Below are positions 10,989 to 20,793 of a stretch of 64,000 nt of DNA, one piece after another. Every line of letters begins with the position of its first letter. Position 1 is the stretch's first letter. Under the pieces are notes generated by a model. The model saw nothing but the letters and a program-made list of their open reading frames with translations, was not told the DNA's origin and did not search any database. The stretch is from Acidimicrobiia bacterium (GTDB taxonomy: Bacteria; Actinomycetota; Acidimicrobiia; IMCC26256; JAENVU01): the NCBI GenBank assembly GCA_038252255.1, contig JBBSAM010000002.1, positions 87,964 to 151,963 of the forward strand. The letters are read 5' to 3'. The translations under genes and the position numbers were made by a program.

Positions 10989-12416
10989 ATGCCGCGCTAC
11001 GACCGACTGAGCGCGCTCGACGCGTCGTTCCTGCACTTGGAGCGGCTCGAGACGCCGATGCACGTCGGTGCCGTCTCGATCTTCGAGGGGGCACCGTTTC
11101 TCGACACCTCGGGCCGGTTCCGGCTGGCCGAGGTCCGCCGCCTGGTGGGCTCGCGGCTGCATCTCATCCCGCGCTTCCGCAAGCGCCTCATGTTCGTGCC
11201 CTTCGAGCAGGGACGGCCGGTCTGGGTCGATGACCCCCGCTTCGACATCGCCTACCACGTGCGCCTCACCGCGCTGCCGCACCCGGGCAGCCGGGAGCAG
11301 CTCCTCGCCCTCACCGCGCGCATCCAGGCCCAGCTCCTGGACCGGGACCGGCCGCTCTGGGAGCTCTGGTTCGTGGAAGGGCTCGAAGGTGGCAACGTCG
11401 GGCTGATCCAGAAGACGCACCACGCGCTCGTCGACGGTGTGTCCGGCGTCGACGTCGCGACCGTGCTGCTCGACTTCACCGAGGACCCCACGTACCTCGA
11501 ACCGCCTCGGTGGATCGTCGAGCCGCCTCCGAGTCCCGGGCGCCTGCTCGTCGACACGCTCTACGAGCGCACGACGGAGCCGGCCGAGATCGCGCGCACG
11601 ACGCGACGCATCGTCCGCACGCCGCAGCGAACCCTGGCCCGCACCGGTCAGCTCGGCCGCGCGCTGTCCACGCTCGTGGACCGCAACTCGATCGCGCCGC
11701 GCACCTCGATCAACGTCGCGGTCGGGCGCCGGCGGCGCTTCGAAGGTGTGCGCGTGTCGCTCGACGACGTGAAGGCGATTCGCAAGGTGCTCGGCGGCAC
11801 GGTGAACGACGTGGTGCTGGCCGGCGTCGCCGGCGGGATGCGCGCGCTGTTCGAGTCCCGCGGCGACGACATGACGGATCTTCGCCTCCGCGCGCTCTGC
11901 CCGGTATCGGTACGCGACGACTCCGAGCGCATGCAGCTGGGCAATCGCGTCTCCGCGATGTTCGTCGAGCTTCCCGTGGGCGAACCCGATCCGGTGCAGC
12001 GGCTCCAGTCGATCCGGGCGACGACGGTCGACCTGAAGGACCGCCAGCAGGCCGTCGGCGCGGCCTTCCTCATGGACCTCACGACCTTCGCGGCGCCGAC
12101 GTTGCTCGGCCTCGCCGCCCGCGCGGTCCATCGTCAGCCCTTCTTCAACCTGGTGATCACCAATGTTCCCGGGCCGCAGGTGCCGCTGTACTGCATGGGC
12201 GCGCGGATGCTCGAGGCCTATCCCGTCGTGCCGCTGACGAAGAACCTGGCACTCGGGATCGCGATCCTCTCGTACTGCGGCCAGCTGCACTTCGGCCTCT
12301 ACGTCGACGCGGACGCGGTCGCAGACGTCGCCGTCCTGGCCGGCGGGATCGAAGACGCGTTCGCGGAGCTGAAGAAGATCGCAGAAGAATCGGACGAAGC
12401 GGGGGAGCTCGAGTGA
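10989..12416 (+). CDS. Wax ester synthase / diacylglycerol O-acyltransferase (WS/DGAT)
   Basis: 475 aa. N-terminus LSALDASFLHLE, catalytic HHALVDGVSG (HHxxxDG), and C-terminal NVPGP. Confidence 0.9.
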   Translation: MPRYDRLSALDASFLHLERLETPMHVGAVSIFEGAPFLDTSGRFRLAEVRRLVGSRLHLIPRFRKRLMFVPFEQGRPVWVDDPRFDIAYHVRLTALPHPGSREQLLALTARIQAQLLDRDRPLWELWFVEGLEGGNVGLIQKTHHALVDGVSGVDVATVLLDFTEDPTYLEPPRWIVEPPPSPGRLLVDTLYERTTEPAEIARTTRRIVRTPQRTLARTGQLGRALSTLVDRNSIAPRTSINVAVGRRRRFEGVRVSLDDVKAIRKVLGGTVNDVVLAGVAGGMRALFESRGDDMTDLRLRALCPVSVRDDSERMQLGNRVSAMFVELPVGEPDPVQRLQSIRATTVDLKDRQQAVGAAFLMDLTTFAAPTLLGLAARAVHRQPFFNLVITNVPGPQVPLYCMGARMLEAYPVVPLTKNLALGIAILSYCGQLHFGLYVDADAVADVAVLAGGIEDAFAELKKIAEESDEAGELE

Positions 12417-13837
12417 CGGACCTTTCGACGCGAGATGCCTGGGAGCTGGCCGACGCGGTGCGGAAGGGAAAGGTCTCGGCAGTGGAGCTGCTCGAGGTCT
12501 CGCTCGAACGCATCGAGTCCTACAACGCCGACCTGAACGCGGTCTGCTATCTCGACGCGGAAGCTGCCCGCGCCCGAGCGAAGGAGATCGACGCGCAGGT
12601 TGCGGACGGCGGCGACCCCGGTCTGTTCGCCGGCGTGCCGATGGGCGTCAAGGAGCTGGCACAGGCGAAGGGGTTCCCGGACACCCATGCCTCGGTGATG
12701 TACGCCGACCGCGTCGCCGCGGAGGACGGGACCGAGGTCGCGCGCTTGCGTGCCGCCGGCGCGGTCATCGTCGGTCTCACGACGGCGCCCGAGATGGGCA
12801 TCCCGAGCTTCACCAACTCTCCCTTGCACGGCGTGACGCGCAACCCGTGGAATCCCGAGGCCACGCCGGGCGGGTCCTCGGGCGGCTCGGCCGCGGCCGT
12901 TGCGTCCGGCATGTTCCCGGCCTGCACCGGCAGCGACGGGGGCGGGTCCATCCGCATCCCCTCGTCGTACTCCGGCCTACCGGGGTTCAAGACCACGTTC
13001 GGGCTCAGCGGAGTGGGACCGCAGCCCTTCGACACCGGGCTGACGTCCGTCTACGGCCCGATGGTGCGGTCGGTCCGTGATGCCGCCCGCTACATCGACA
13101 TCACCTCGGGCCCCACGCTCTTCGACCCCACGTCCCTGCCGAAGCCGGCGCCGTTCGAGCCGCTCACCACCTCGCTCGACGCGGCGCGTGACCGGTTGCG
13201 GGGCAAGCGGGCCGCGTGGTCGTCGACGCTGGGCTACGGCGTGTGCGACACGGGCGTCGAGGCCTTGACCTTCGAAGCCGCGCAGCAGCTGGTGGCCGAA
13301 GCCGGGCTCGAGCTGGTCGACCTGGACGTCAAGTTCCCGAAGCCGGGCCGCGCCTGGGGTCTCCTGAGCGCGCCGAACCTCGCGGCGTGGCACTACGACG
13401 AGGCCAAGGACCGGCTCGACGACCTCGACATGCTCCTGCGCGTCTCCGTCGAGGGGCTCCCGAACCTCCGGGCGTCGCACCTCGGCCAGGCGGTCCGCCG
13501 GCGCCACGAGCTGCTCCTCGCGTCGGCCGAGGTGTTCGCGGATGTCGACCTGTTGCTCACGCCGACGACCGCGACGACCGCGTACCCGGCGGAGGGCGTG
13601 CTGGAGGGACCGGTCAATGGCGAAGTCGTGAACCTGATGATCCTGTCCGCCGCGTTCACCGCGCCGTTCAACATGACGGGGCAGCCGGGGTTCAGCATCC
13701 CGGCCGGTCTCGTGGACGGCATGCCCTGCGGCCTGCAGGTCGTCGCCCGGCGCCACGAGGACGATGCGTGCGTCGCCGCGGCGGCGATCATGGAGCAGGC
13801 CCGCCCCTGGCCCAAGATCGCCCCCGGCTACAGCTGA
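12413..13837 (+). CDS. Amidase-signature family amidase
   Basis: The GTG at 12413 overlaps the WS/DGAT stop (GTGA). Contains GGSSGGSAAAVASG and CTGSDGGGSIRIPSSYSG. Only the 3' part of the 775-aa track ORF is real. Confidence 0.88.
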   Translation: MTDLSTRDAWELADAVRKGKVSAVELLEVSLERIESYNADLNAVCYLDAEAARARAKEIDAQVADGGDPGLFAGVPMGVKELAQAKGFPDTHASVMYADRVAAEDGTEVARLRAAGAVIVGLTTAPEMGIPSFTNSPLHGVTRNPWNPEATPGGSSGGSAAAVASGMFPACTGSDGGGSIRIPSSYSGLPGFKTTFGLSGVGPQPFDTGLTSVYGPMVRSVRDAARYIDITSGPTLFDPTSLPKPAPFEPLTTSLDAARDRLRGKRAAWSSTLGYGVCDTGVEALTFEAAQQLVAEAGLELVDLDVKFPKPGRAWGLLSAPNLAAWHYDEAKDRLDDLDMLLRVSVEGLPNLRASHLGQAVRRRHELLLASAEVFADVDLLLTPTTATTAYPAEGVLEGPVNGEVVNLMILSAAFTAPFNMTGQPGFSIPAGLVDGMPCGLQVVARRHEDDACVAAAAIMEQARPWPKIAPGYS

Positions 13838-13879
13838 CGGCCCGGAAGGCTCTCCGGCGGGAGGGGGTAGCCTCGGGTC

Positions 13880-15076
13880 GTGACCGACGTCGCGCGTCGG
13901 CCGGGCGACTCCGCACGAGCGCCCAGGCCGCCCAAGCAAGAGCAGGAGCCGGCTTCCGAGGAGATCACGGAGGTCGCCCCCGGCGTGCTGCGCATGCAGC
14001 TGCCCATCTGGATGCCGGGGCTCGGCCACGTGAACATGTACGGCCTCGTCGACGACCGCGGCCTGACGGTCGTGGACCCCGGCCTTCCCGGGCCGAAGAG
14101 CTGGAAGGCGCTCAAGCACCGGCTCAAGCTGGCGGGCTACGACGTCAAGGACATCCACACCGTCATCGTGACCCACTCGCACCCGGACCACTTCGGTGGC
14201 GCCGGGCGCATCAAGAAGGAAGCCAACGCCGAGCTCATCACCCACAAGGCGTTCACGACCTGGTCCCTCGACCGCAGCGGGAAGGGCACGCTCTCCGAAG
14301 CCGAGGCGGAGCGCCTGGAGCAGGCCGCGATCGACGAGGCCGAGCGCTACACGGGCCCGTCGCTCGAAGAGCTGCCGGCACTGCGCGAGGACGACGCCAG
14401 CGCGCTCGACGAGCTCACCGAGGAGCATCAGCGCCAATCGGTGCCCTGGGGCGGCACGACGCCGTGGGGTGGCAGCAAGCACCCCATGCCGCCGCTCGCC
14501 AAGCGCGTCGCGATCCGAGCCATGCGGCTCGTGTTCGCGCCACCGGATCCGACGCGCCGGGTGAAGCACGGCGCGCCGATCGAGCTGGCCGGCCGCACTT
14601 GGCTCGCCATCCACACCCCGGGCCACACGCTCGACCACCTCTGCCTCTACGACCCGGAGAACGGGATCCTGCTCTCCGGCGATCACGTCCTCCCGTCGAT
14701 CACGCCACACATCGCGGGTTCCGGGATGGGTGACGCGCTGCACTCGTACCTCGCGACGCTCGACCTGGTCGCGTCGCTCGACGGGGTGAAGCTCGGCCTT
14801 CCCGCGCACGGGCACCCGTTCGACGACGTTCCCGGCCGCGTCGACGCGATCAAGGAGCACCACTTCGAGCGCATGGAGAAGCTCCGGGCCGCGTCGCTCG
14901 CGCTCGGGCCGGCGAGTGTCGTGACGCTCAGCCACGAGCTGTTCCCGGAGCGGCACTGGGGTGTGATGGCCGAGAGCGAGACGTTCGCCCACCTCGAGCA
15001 CCTCCGGGGTACCGGCGAGGCGGAGCGGTGGGATGAGGGCGGGACGTTGATGTACCGCGTCGCCTCCCGCGCCTGA
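13880..15076 (+). CDS. MBL-fold metallo-hydrolase
   Basis: 398 aa with VTHSHPDHFGG (HxHxDH) and a later HTPGHT. Confidence 0.85.
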   Translation: MTDVARRPGDSARAPRPPKQEQEPASEEITEVAPGVLRMQLPIWMPGLGHVNMYGLVDDRGLTVVDPGLPGPKSWKALKHRLKLAGYDVKDIHTVIVTHSHPDHFGGAGRIKKEANAELITHKAFTTWSLDRSGKGTLSEAEAERLEQAAIDEAERYTGPSLEELPALREDDASALDELTEEHQRQSVPWGGTTPWGGSKHPMPPLAKRVAIRAMRLVFAPPDPTRRVKHGAPIELAGRTWLAIHTPGHTLDHLCLYDPENGILLSGDHVLPSITPHIAGSGMGDALHSYLATLDLVASLDGVKLGLPAHGHPFDDVPGRVDAIKEHHFERMEKLRAASLALGPASVVTLSHELFPERHWGVMAESETFAHLEHLRGTGEAERWDEGGTLMYRVASRA

Positions 15077-15101
15077 CCCGCCTGCGGCCTACGCTCGGCT
15101 C

Positions 15102-16433
15102 ATGACCGACGACCCCACTCGGGAAGCCACCGCTCTCCTGCAAGACCTGATCCGCAACGCCTGTGTGAACGACGGGCGGCCGGAGTCGGGTGCGGAGGTT
15201 CGCAGCTCGGACCTGCTCACCGGCTATCTCGAGGGAAGCGGCGTCGACATCGAGCACTACGAGCCGCAACCGGGTCGCCGCAGCATGCTCGCCAAGATCG
15301 AGGGTTCGGACCCCGACGCGCCGTCGCTGCTGCTGATGGGGCACACGGACGTCGTGCCGGTCAACGAAGACGGCTGGTCCCGCGACCCGTTCGGGGGCGA
15401 GATCGTGGACGGCATGGTGTGGGGCCGCGGCGCGGTCGACATGCTCAACCTCACCGCCACCCAGGCCGTCGCGTTCAAGCGGCTCGCGCAGTCCGGGTTC
15501 AAGCCGAAGGGCACGATCTCGTATCTCGCGGTCGCCGACGAAGAGGCGCGCGGGATCTGGGGTGCGGACTGGCTGGTCGAGCACGAGCTGGATGACGTGA
15601 AGGCCGACTACGTCCTCACCGAGTCCGGCGGGTTCCAGGTGCCGACCGCGCAGGGGCCGCGGTTGCCGGTGATGGTGGAGGAGAAGGGCACCTTCTGGTC
15701 GAAGATCACGGTGCGCGGCACGCCGGGGCACGCGTCGTCGCCGTACCGGACGGACAACGCGCTCGTCACCGCGGCGGAGGTCGTGCGCCGGCTGGCCGAG
15801 TTCCAGGCGCCGCCGCAGCTGAGCGGCACGTGGCAGCGGCTCGTCCAAGGTCTGCAGCTTCCTGAGGTGTTGCTGCAAGAGGAAGGATTCCGCGACACGA
15901 TCGACGCGCTGCCGCTCGGCATGGCACGCATCGCGTACTCGTGCACGCACACGACGTTCGCGCCGACGGTCATCCACGGGGGCACGAAGACGAACGTGAT
16001 CCCGGACCGCGTGGAGATCGAGGTCGACATCAGGACGCTCCCCGGTCAGAGCGGTGAGGTCGCGCACGATCTGCTCATGGAGGCGCTCGGCGATCTCGCC
16101 GGCAAGGTGGAGATCGAATCGGGCGACGACCCGTCCTCGCAGTCACCCATCGACACTCCGTTGTGGGACGCGCTCGGCCGGGTCACCGCACGGCTGTGCG
16201 AAGGTTCCGCGCTGGTGCCGTGGCTGATGACCGGCGCCACCGACAACCGCTTCTTCCGCCGCGCCGGGTCGGTGGGCTACGGCTTCGGGCTCTTCAGCAA
16301 GCGCCTCACGTTCGAGGACTACGCCACGATGTTCCACGGCAACGACGAGCGGGTGGACCAGGAGAGCCTGCGCCTCTCGACCGAGCTCTGGCTCGCGATC
16401 GCCGAGGAGCTGGTCGGCCCGCAATCGGGCTAA
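15102..16433 (+). CDS. M20/M25/M40-family metallopeptidase
   Basis: 443 aa with LLLMGHTDVVP, GRGAVDMLN, VADEE and a C-terminal HGNDERV. Confidence 0.85.
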   Translation: MTDDPTREATALLQDLIRNACVNDGRPESGAEVRSSDLLTGYLEGSGVDIEHYEPQPGRRSMLAKIEGSDPDAPSLLLMGHTDVVPVNEDGWSRDPFGGEIVDGMVWGRGAVDMLNLTATQAVAFKRLAQSGFKPKGTISYLAVADEEARGIWGADWLVEHELDDVKADYVLTESGGFQVPTAQGPRLPVMVEEKGTFWSKITVRGTPGHASSPYRTDNALVTAAEVVRRLAEFQAPPQLSGTWQRLVQGLQLPEVLLQEEGFRDTIDALPLGMARIAYSCTHTTFAPTVIHGGTKTNVIPDRVEIEVDIRTLPGQSGEVAHDLLMEALGDLAGKVEIESGDDPSSQSPIDTPLWDALGRVTARLCEGSALVPWLMTGATDNRFFRRAGSVGYGFGLFSKRLTFEDYATMFHGNDERVDQESLRLSTELWLAIAEELVGPQSG

Positions 16434-16493
16434 CCCCACTCTCCGTTTGTGCCGAAAGGGTCCGCCAGGGACCTTGATGGCACAGACGGCGGG

Positions 16494-17372
16494 TTACTCG
16501 AGGCCCTGCTCGCGCAGGTACTCCTCGAACGCCTCGGCCAACGCGTCGCCACTCGGGATCTCGTCGGGGTCCACGTCACCGTCTCCGGCGATCGTGGGTT
16601 CGTCCGACTGCTCCTCGAGCGCGCGCACGTAGTCCCGCATCTCGTCGTCGGAGTCGACCGCGCTCTCGACCCGGGCCTTCCACGCTTCGGAGGCGACGGC
16701 CAGCTGGCGCAGGTCGAGTGGCCGGCCGGTGAGTGCCGCGAAGCGGTCCAGGAGCGCGCGGATGGCCGGTGGGTTCGGCGGGGTCGCGACGTAGTGCGGG
16801 ACCGGAGCCCAGAACGATGCGGACGCGAGGCCGGCCGTTCGGCACGCGTCGTGGAGGACGCCGACGATCCCGGTAGGCCCCTCGTAGTGCGAGCGCTCCA
16901 GGCCGAGTCGCTCCATCAGCACGGTGTCGGTGGTGCTGCCGGTGACCCGGATCGGCTGTGAGTGGGGGCTGTCCGCGAGCAGCGCACCGAAGGTGACTAC
17001 CGTGGTGCAGCCGGTCTCGCGGGCGACCTCGAGCACGGTGTCGCAGAACGAGCGCCACCGGAGATTCGGTTCGGGGCCGGAGAGCAGGACGAGGTCCGGG
17101 CCTGCGCCGTTCGCCGGCGCGGCGGAGAACTCGAGCGTGGGCCAGCGCAGCTCGCGGATGACGCCGTCGATCAGCTCGACGGTCGGCCGGTTGGACTGGA
17201 AGTCGTAGTGCTCGTCCGGGTCGATCGTCGCGAACGGGCGGGCGGCGAAGTGCTCGGCCAGCCATGCGACCGCATCGGACGCGGCGTCGCCCGCATCGTT
17301 CCAACCCGTGAATCCGGCGACCAGCACCGGCTCACGAAGCTGCGGTCGCGCGTCCCAGCGCAGGGCACTCAT
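16494..17372 (-). CDS. PAC2 (proteasome assembly chaperone 2-like) family protein
   Basis: Inner ATG at 17372. Translation MSALRWDARPQLREPVLVAGFTGWNDAGDAASDAV...GPTGIVGVLHDA with an acidic C-terminus. The upstream part of the 600-aa track ORF is an artefact. Confidence 0.78.
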   Translation of the reverse strand: MSALRWDARPQLREPVLVAGFTGWNDAGDAASDAVAWLAEHFAARPFATIDPDEHYDFQSNRPTVELIDGVIRELRWPTLEFSAAPANGAGPDLVLLSGPEPNLRWRSFCDTVLEVARETGCTTVVTFGALLADSPHSQPIRVTGSTTDTVLMERLGLERSHYEGPTGIVGVLHDACRTAGLASASFWAPVPHYVATPPNPPAIRALLDRFAALTGRPLDLRQLAVASEAWKARVESAVDSDDEMRDYVRALEEQSDEPTIAGDGDVDPDEIPSGDALAEAFEEYLREQGLE

Positions 17373-17398
17373 GCAACCGATGGTAGGCGGTGGTGCGG

Positions 17399-18451
17399 TC
17401 AGCCCCGAAGAGCGGCGATCGACGAGTGGTTTGCCTGGTCGAGCGCGCCGTTGATCAACAGGTCGACCGTGTGGCCCATCGCGTCGAAGCCTTCGCCCAA
17501 GGTCTTGCCCATCTTGAAGCGGGCGTGGATGCCCTCGACGATGATCGCGAGCTTGAAGGAGGCGAACACGACGTACCAGTCGAGCGCGTCCACCGCGTGG
17601 CCGCTCTTGCGCGCGTAGCGCTCGACGATGTCGTCGGACGAGAGGAACCCCGCCTGCTCGTCGATCACCGCGCCCGTGGCGATGATCTGCGCGCCGGCAT
17701 TGCCCCAGTAGAGAAGGAACAACCCGAGGTCGGCCAGCGGGTCGCCGAGGGTCGACATCTCCCAGTCCAGCACCGCGACGATCCGTCCCGGGTCGTCGCT
17801 CGCCATCATCGTGTTGTCGAGGCGGTAGTCGCCGTGGACGATGGTCGGGGGACCGGATTCGGGGAGCGCGGCCCGCAGCCGGCGCGCGAGCTCGTCGACC
17901 TCCGCGAAGTCGCGCGTCTTCGACCGTTCCCATTGCTCGCCCCAGCGCCGGATCTGCCGTTCGAGGTAGCCGTCCGGATGGCCGAAGTCGCCGAGGCCCG
18001 CGGCGACGAAGTCGACGCGGTGGATCTGGGCCAGCACGTCGACCAGCTCCTCGGAGAGCCGCCGTGCGTCGGCCGCGCTCAGCGCGGTGAGTGACGCGCC
18101 GTCGCGGTAGATGATGCCCTCGACCTTGTCCATGACGTAGAACGGCGCGTCGTTGACCTCGAGGTCCTCGCACAGCGCGTAGGTGCGCGGCACGGGCACG
18201 CCGGTCCCGGCGAGCGCGCTCATCACCCGGTACTCGCGGGCCATGTCGTGCGCCGTCGGAAGGACATGCCCGAGCGGTGGCCGCCGCAACACCCACGTCT
18301 GCTCGCCGTCCGAGATCGAGTACGTGAGGTTCGAGCGACCGCCCGCGATCAGCTCGGCGGTGAGCTCCCCACCGGTCGCGCCGGGGACGTGCTCGGCGAA
18401 GTACACGCGCAGCCGCGCGAGATCGACGCCTTCAGGGACTTCCTCGGGCAT
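17399..18451 (-). CDS. Phosphotransferase (APH/ChoK-like kinase) family protein
   Basis: 350 aa with GGRSNLTYSI, VLRRPP, IVHGDYRLDN and VLDWE. Confidence 0.85.
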   Translation of the reverse strand: MPEEVPEGVDLARLRVYFAEHVPGATGGELTAELIAGGRSNLTYSISDGEQTWVLRRPPLGHVLPTAHDMAREYRVMSALAGTGVPVPRTYALCEDLEVNDAPFYVMDKVEGIIYRDGASLTALSAADARRLSEELVDVLAQIHRVDFVAAGLGDFGHPDGYLERQIRRWGEQWERSKTRDFAEVDELARRLRAALPESGPPTIVHGDYRLDNTMMASDDPGRIVAVLDWEMSTLGDPLADLGLFLLYWGNAGAQIIATGAVIDEQAGFLSSDDIVERYARKSGHAVDALDWYVVFASFKLAIIVEGIHARFKMGKTLGEGFDAMGHTVDLLINGALDQANHSSIAALRG

Positions 18452-18494
18452 TGCGCTCCCCGTCAGTCAAGTGACGGGAGCGTAGACCGGTGGT

Positions 18495-18842
18495 TCAGGC
18501 GACCCGGGGGGTGCGCGGCGCGACGGGCTTGCCGTTGCCCTTGGGGTATCGGGCGACCCGCCCGACGGGCATGTCGACCCGGAAGCCGGCGGCGGCGCGC
18601 TCCTCCTCGGACTCGCCACCCCAGAAGCCGTACTCGCGCTGCTCGCGGGCCCAGTCCCGGCAGGAGTCGAGGACGGGGCACTCGTTGCAGATGGACCGGG
18701 CCTTGCTCTCCCGCACCACCCGCGCCTCGGGCCGTTCGCCGGCCGGCGCGAAGAAGAGCTCGGTGCGGCCCTCGCAGGCCGCGTCGACGGTCCAGGACAA
18801 CGGTCCCGTATAGATCAAGCTCGAAAGGGTGTCGATTGCCAC
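18495..18842 (-). CDS. WhiB-family Fe-S transcriptional regulator
   Basis: 115 aa with four Cys in the WhiB pattern (C...C-x2-C-x5-C: AACEG...SICNECPVLDSC) and GFWGGESEEER. Confidence 0.9.
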   Translation of the reverse strand: MAIDTLSSLIYTGPLSWTVDAACEGRTELFFAPAGERPEARVVRESKARSICNECPVLDSCRDWAREQREYGFWGGESEEERAAAGFRVDMPVGRVARYPKGNGKPVAPRTPRVA

Positions 18843-19048
18843 AGCAAGTTCCTCGAATGCTCGTGGGCCCGGGGGAGGGCCACGGTCGGGAAAGGGAGGA
18901 TCGGGGAGCCGACGGGGGGACCGGCTCCCCGATTCGTCCTGGGCTCCATGGAACCACTAGGACCCCTGATCTGTCCAACAGGTTGGAGTGATACGTTCTA
19001 TCGGACCGACAGATGATACTCCGTCCATCCACCTCGTAGAACACCTCG

Positions 19049-19990
19049 ATGTTCCCGGGAGGCCTCGTGGAGCTGCGTCACCTGGAGACTCTGATCGCGA
19101 TCGAGGAGGAAGGGACCTTCACGGCCGCGGCCGACTTCCTCAGCACCGTGCAGTCCAATGTGTCCGAACAGGTGCGCCAGCTCGAATCCGAGCTCGGCGT
19201 GACCCTGCTCGCCCGGGGCCGCTCGGGGGCGACGCCGACCGAATCGGGCGAGGTGGTGCTCGCGCACGCCCGCCGGATCCGCCGCGAGCTGGAGCTCATG
19301 CGTGAGGACGTCGCCGCCCTCCAGGGACTGCAGGTCGGGAGCGCGAGCTTCGGGATCGTCGGTACCGCGAGCCGGTGGCTCGTGCCGCGGCTCGTGGCCG
19401 ACCTCCGCAAGCGCGCCCCCGGGATCGAGCTGCGCGTGAACGAAGGCGCGTCGGAGCGGCTGCTGGCCGAAGTGCTGAACCAGGAGCTCGCGCAAGCGGT
19501 CATCACCGAGCCGGTGCGGGACGAGCGCCTCACGGTGGAGCGCCTTCTCGACGAGGGCCTGGTCGGTCTCGCGCCGCCGGGAACCGACCTCCCGCCCGAG
19601 CCGGTGCCGTTCGAGGTCCTGGCCGAGATGGCGCTCGTGCTCCCGCCCGCGGCGAACCCGCTGCGGATCGAGATCGAGCAGGCCGCGCGCGCCCGCGGCG
19701 TCACGCTGCAGGTCCGGGTGGAGGTCGAAGGCATCCGGCTCATCGCGGATCTCGTTGCCGCCGGTGCCGGTGTGTCGGTCCTCCCCGAGACCGCGATCCC
19801 GCCCGAGCTGTCCTCGGTGCTGATCTTCGCGATCGCCGATCTCCCGCTCCGTCGGCTCGCCCTCATCTCGCCGAAGGCGGCGCCGCTATCGCTTGCGGAC
19901 CAAGCCGTCCGGGAGACGGTCCTGCAGATCGTCGGCAACGCGCGGTCACGCCCGCCGCGAGCCGGCAGCTCGGCCCGGCAGCGCGTCTAA
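19049..19990 (+). CDS. LysR-family transcriptional regulator
   Basis: N-terminal HTH LRHLETLIAIEEEGTFTAAADFLSTVQSNVSEQVRQLESELGVTLLAR. The start could be a few codons downstream. Confidence 0.85.
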   Translation: MFPGGLVELRHLETLIAIEEEGTFTAAADFLSTVQSNVSEQVRQLESELGVTLLARGRSGATPTESGEVVLAHARRIRRELELMREDVAALQGLQVGSASFGIVGTASRWLVPRLVADLRKRAPGIELRVNEGASERLLAEVLNQELAQAVITEPVRDERLTVERLLDEGLVGLAPPGTDLPPEPVPFEVLAEMALVLPPAANPLRIEIEQAARARGVTLQVRVEVEGIRLIADLVAAGAGVSVLPETAIPPELSSVLIFAIADLPLRRLALISPKAAPLSLADQAVRETVLQIVGNARSRPPRAGSSARQRV

Positions 19991-20751
19991 CCCGGCGCGA
20001 GCACGAACGGCTCTCCGCTCAGCTCCACGGTTCGCGGCGTCCCCGTGTGATCACCCTCGAGCCGAACGAACCCGGGGGTGGTGTCTGGACCGTGCTCGAG
20101 CCGCACGCGCCCGCCGCCGGGCCAGGCGAGCTCGACCGCGCCTGCGGATTCGTCGACCACCTCTCCGTCGAGCAGGCCGGCGAAGAAGCCGACGGCCGCG
20201 GGCAGCGACGGCGTGGACATCACCACCCGGCGGAGCCGGCACCGGTCGGCGGCTCGCTTGGGCGGCTGCGGCCACCACTCGGGCTCGAAGAACGCGCTTC
20301 CGGCTTCGGCTTTCGCTACGAGCTCCGGCGTCCCCGGGTGATCGGGGTGGACCTGTGCGAGCTGGACCACCGTCCCGTGGGCCTCGCGGGGTTGGAGGAA
20401 CGCTTCCTTCCAGCTCGGGTCCGTGAGGTTCACGTTCACCGGCCGGAACCCGGCTTGGCGGACCCGGCTCAGCGTCGCGGCGAGGTCCGGCACCTTGAAC
20501 GTGAGGTGGTGCTGGCCCGGCCCGTGGCGCGCGAGGAATCGGGCGAGGAAGTCGTTGTGCTCCGGCTGCCACTCGACGAGCAGCTCGACCGTCATCGCCG
20601 CCGCGCCCTCGCCGAGGCGCACCTGCACCCAACGAAAGCCGTAGCCGTCGCCGCCGGCGAAGATCGTTCCGCCGAGGTCGCCGACGGCCGTGCCGAGGGC
20701 GGCCCCGATGTCGGTGGTGGCGATCGCGACGTGGTCCAGGTCGATCGGCAT
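19987..20751 (-). CDS. VOC (glyoxalase/dioxygenase-fold) family protein
   Basis: 254 aa. Contains IDLDHVAIATTD and HHLTFKV, consistent with two VOC repeats. Confidence 0.7.
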   Translation of the reverse strand: MPIDLDHVAIATTDIGAALGTAVGDLGGTIFAGGDGYGFRWVQVRLGEGAAAMTVELLVEWQPEHNDFLARFLARHGPGQHHLTFKVPDLAATLSRVRQAGFRPVNVNLTDPSWKEAFLQPREAHGTVVQLAQVHPDHPGTPELVAKAEAGSAFFEPEWWPQPPKRAADRCRLRRVVMSTPSLPAAVGFFAGLLDGEVVDESAGAVELAWPGGGRVRLEHGPDTTPGFVRLEGDHTGTPRTVELSGEPFVLAPG

Positions 20752-20793
20752 GCCCGAGACTCGACCGGGTGGGCCGGCGCGGGCAAGTCGAGC

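Noticed and set aside
11510-12412. 5' two-thirds of the 775-aa ORF that ends as the amidase.
   Set aside because: This part overlaps the well-supported WS/DGAT gene in another frame and translates to Arg/Ala/Pro-rich sequence. The amidase homology begins at the GTG at 12413.
18843-19048. Hairpin ggggagccg...cggctcccc and an ATC-N9-GAT motif in the whiB-lysR divergent spacer, considered as a special regulatory RNA or LysR box.
   Set aside because: These are short, single occurrences. They are compatible with ordinary promoter/operator structure, and nothing can be supported beyond that by eye.
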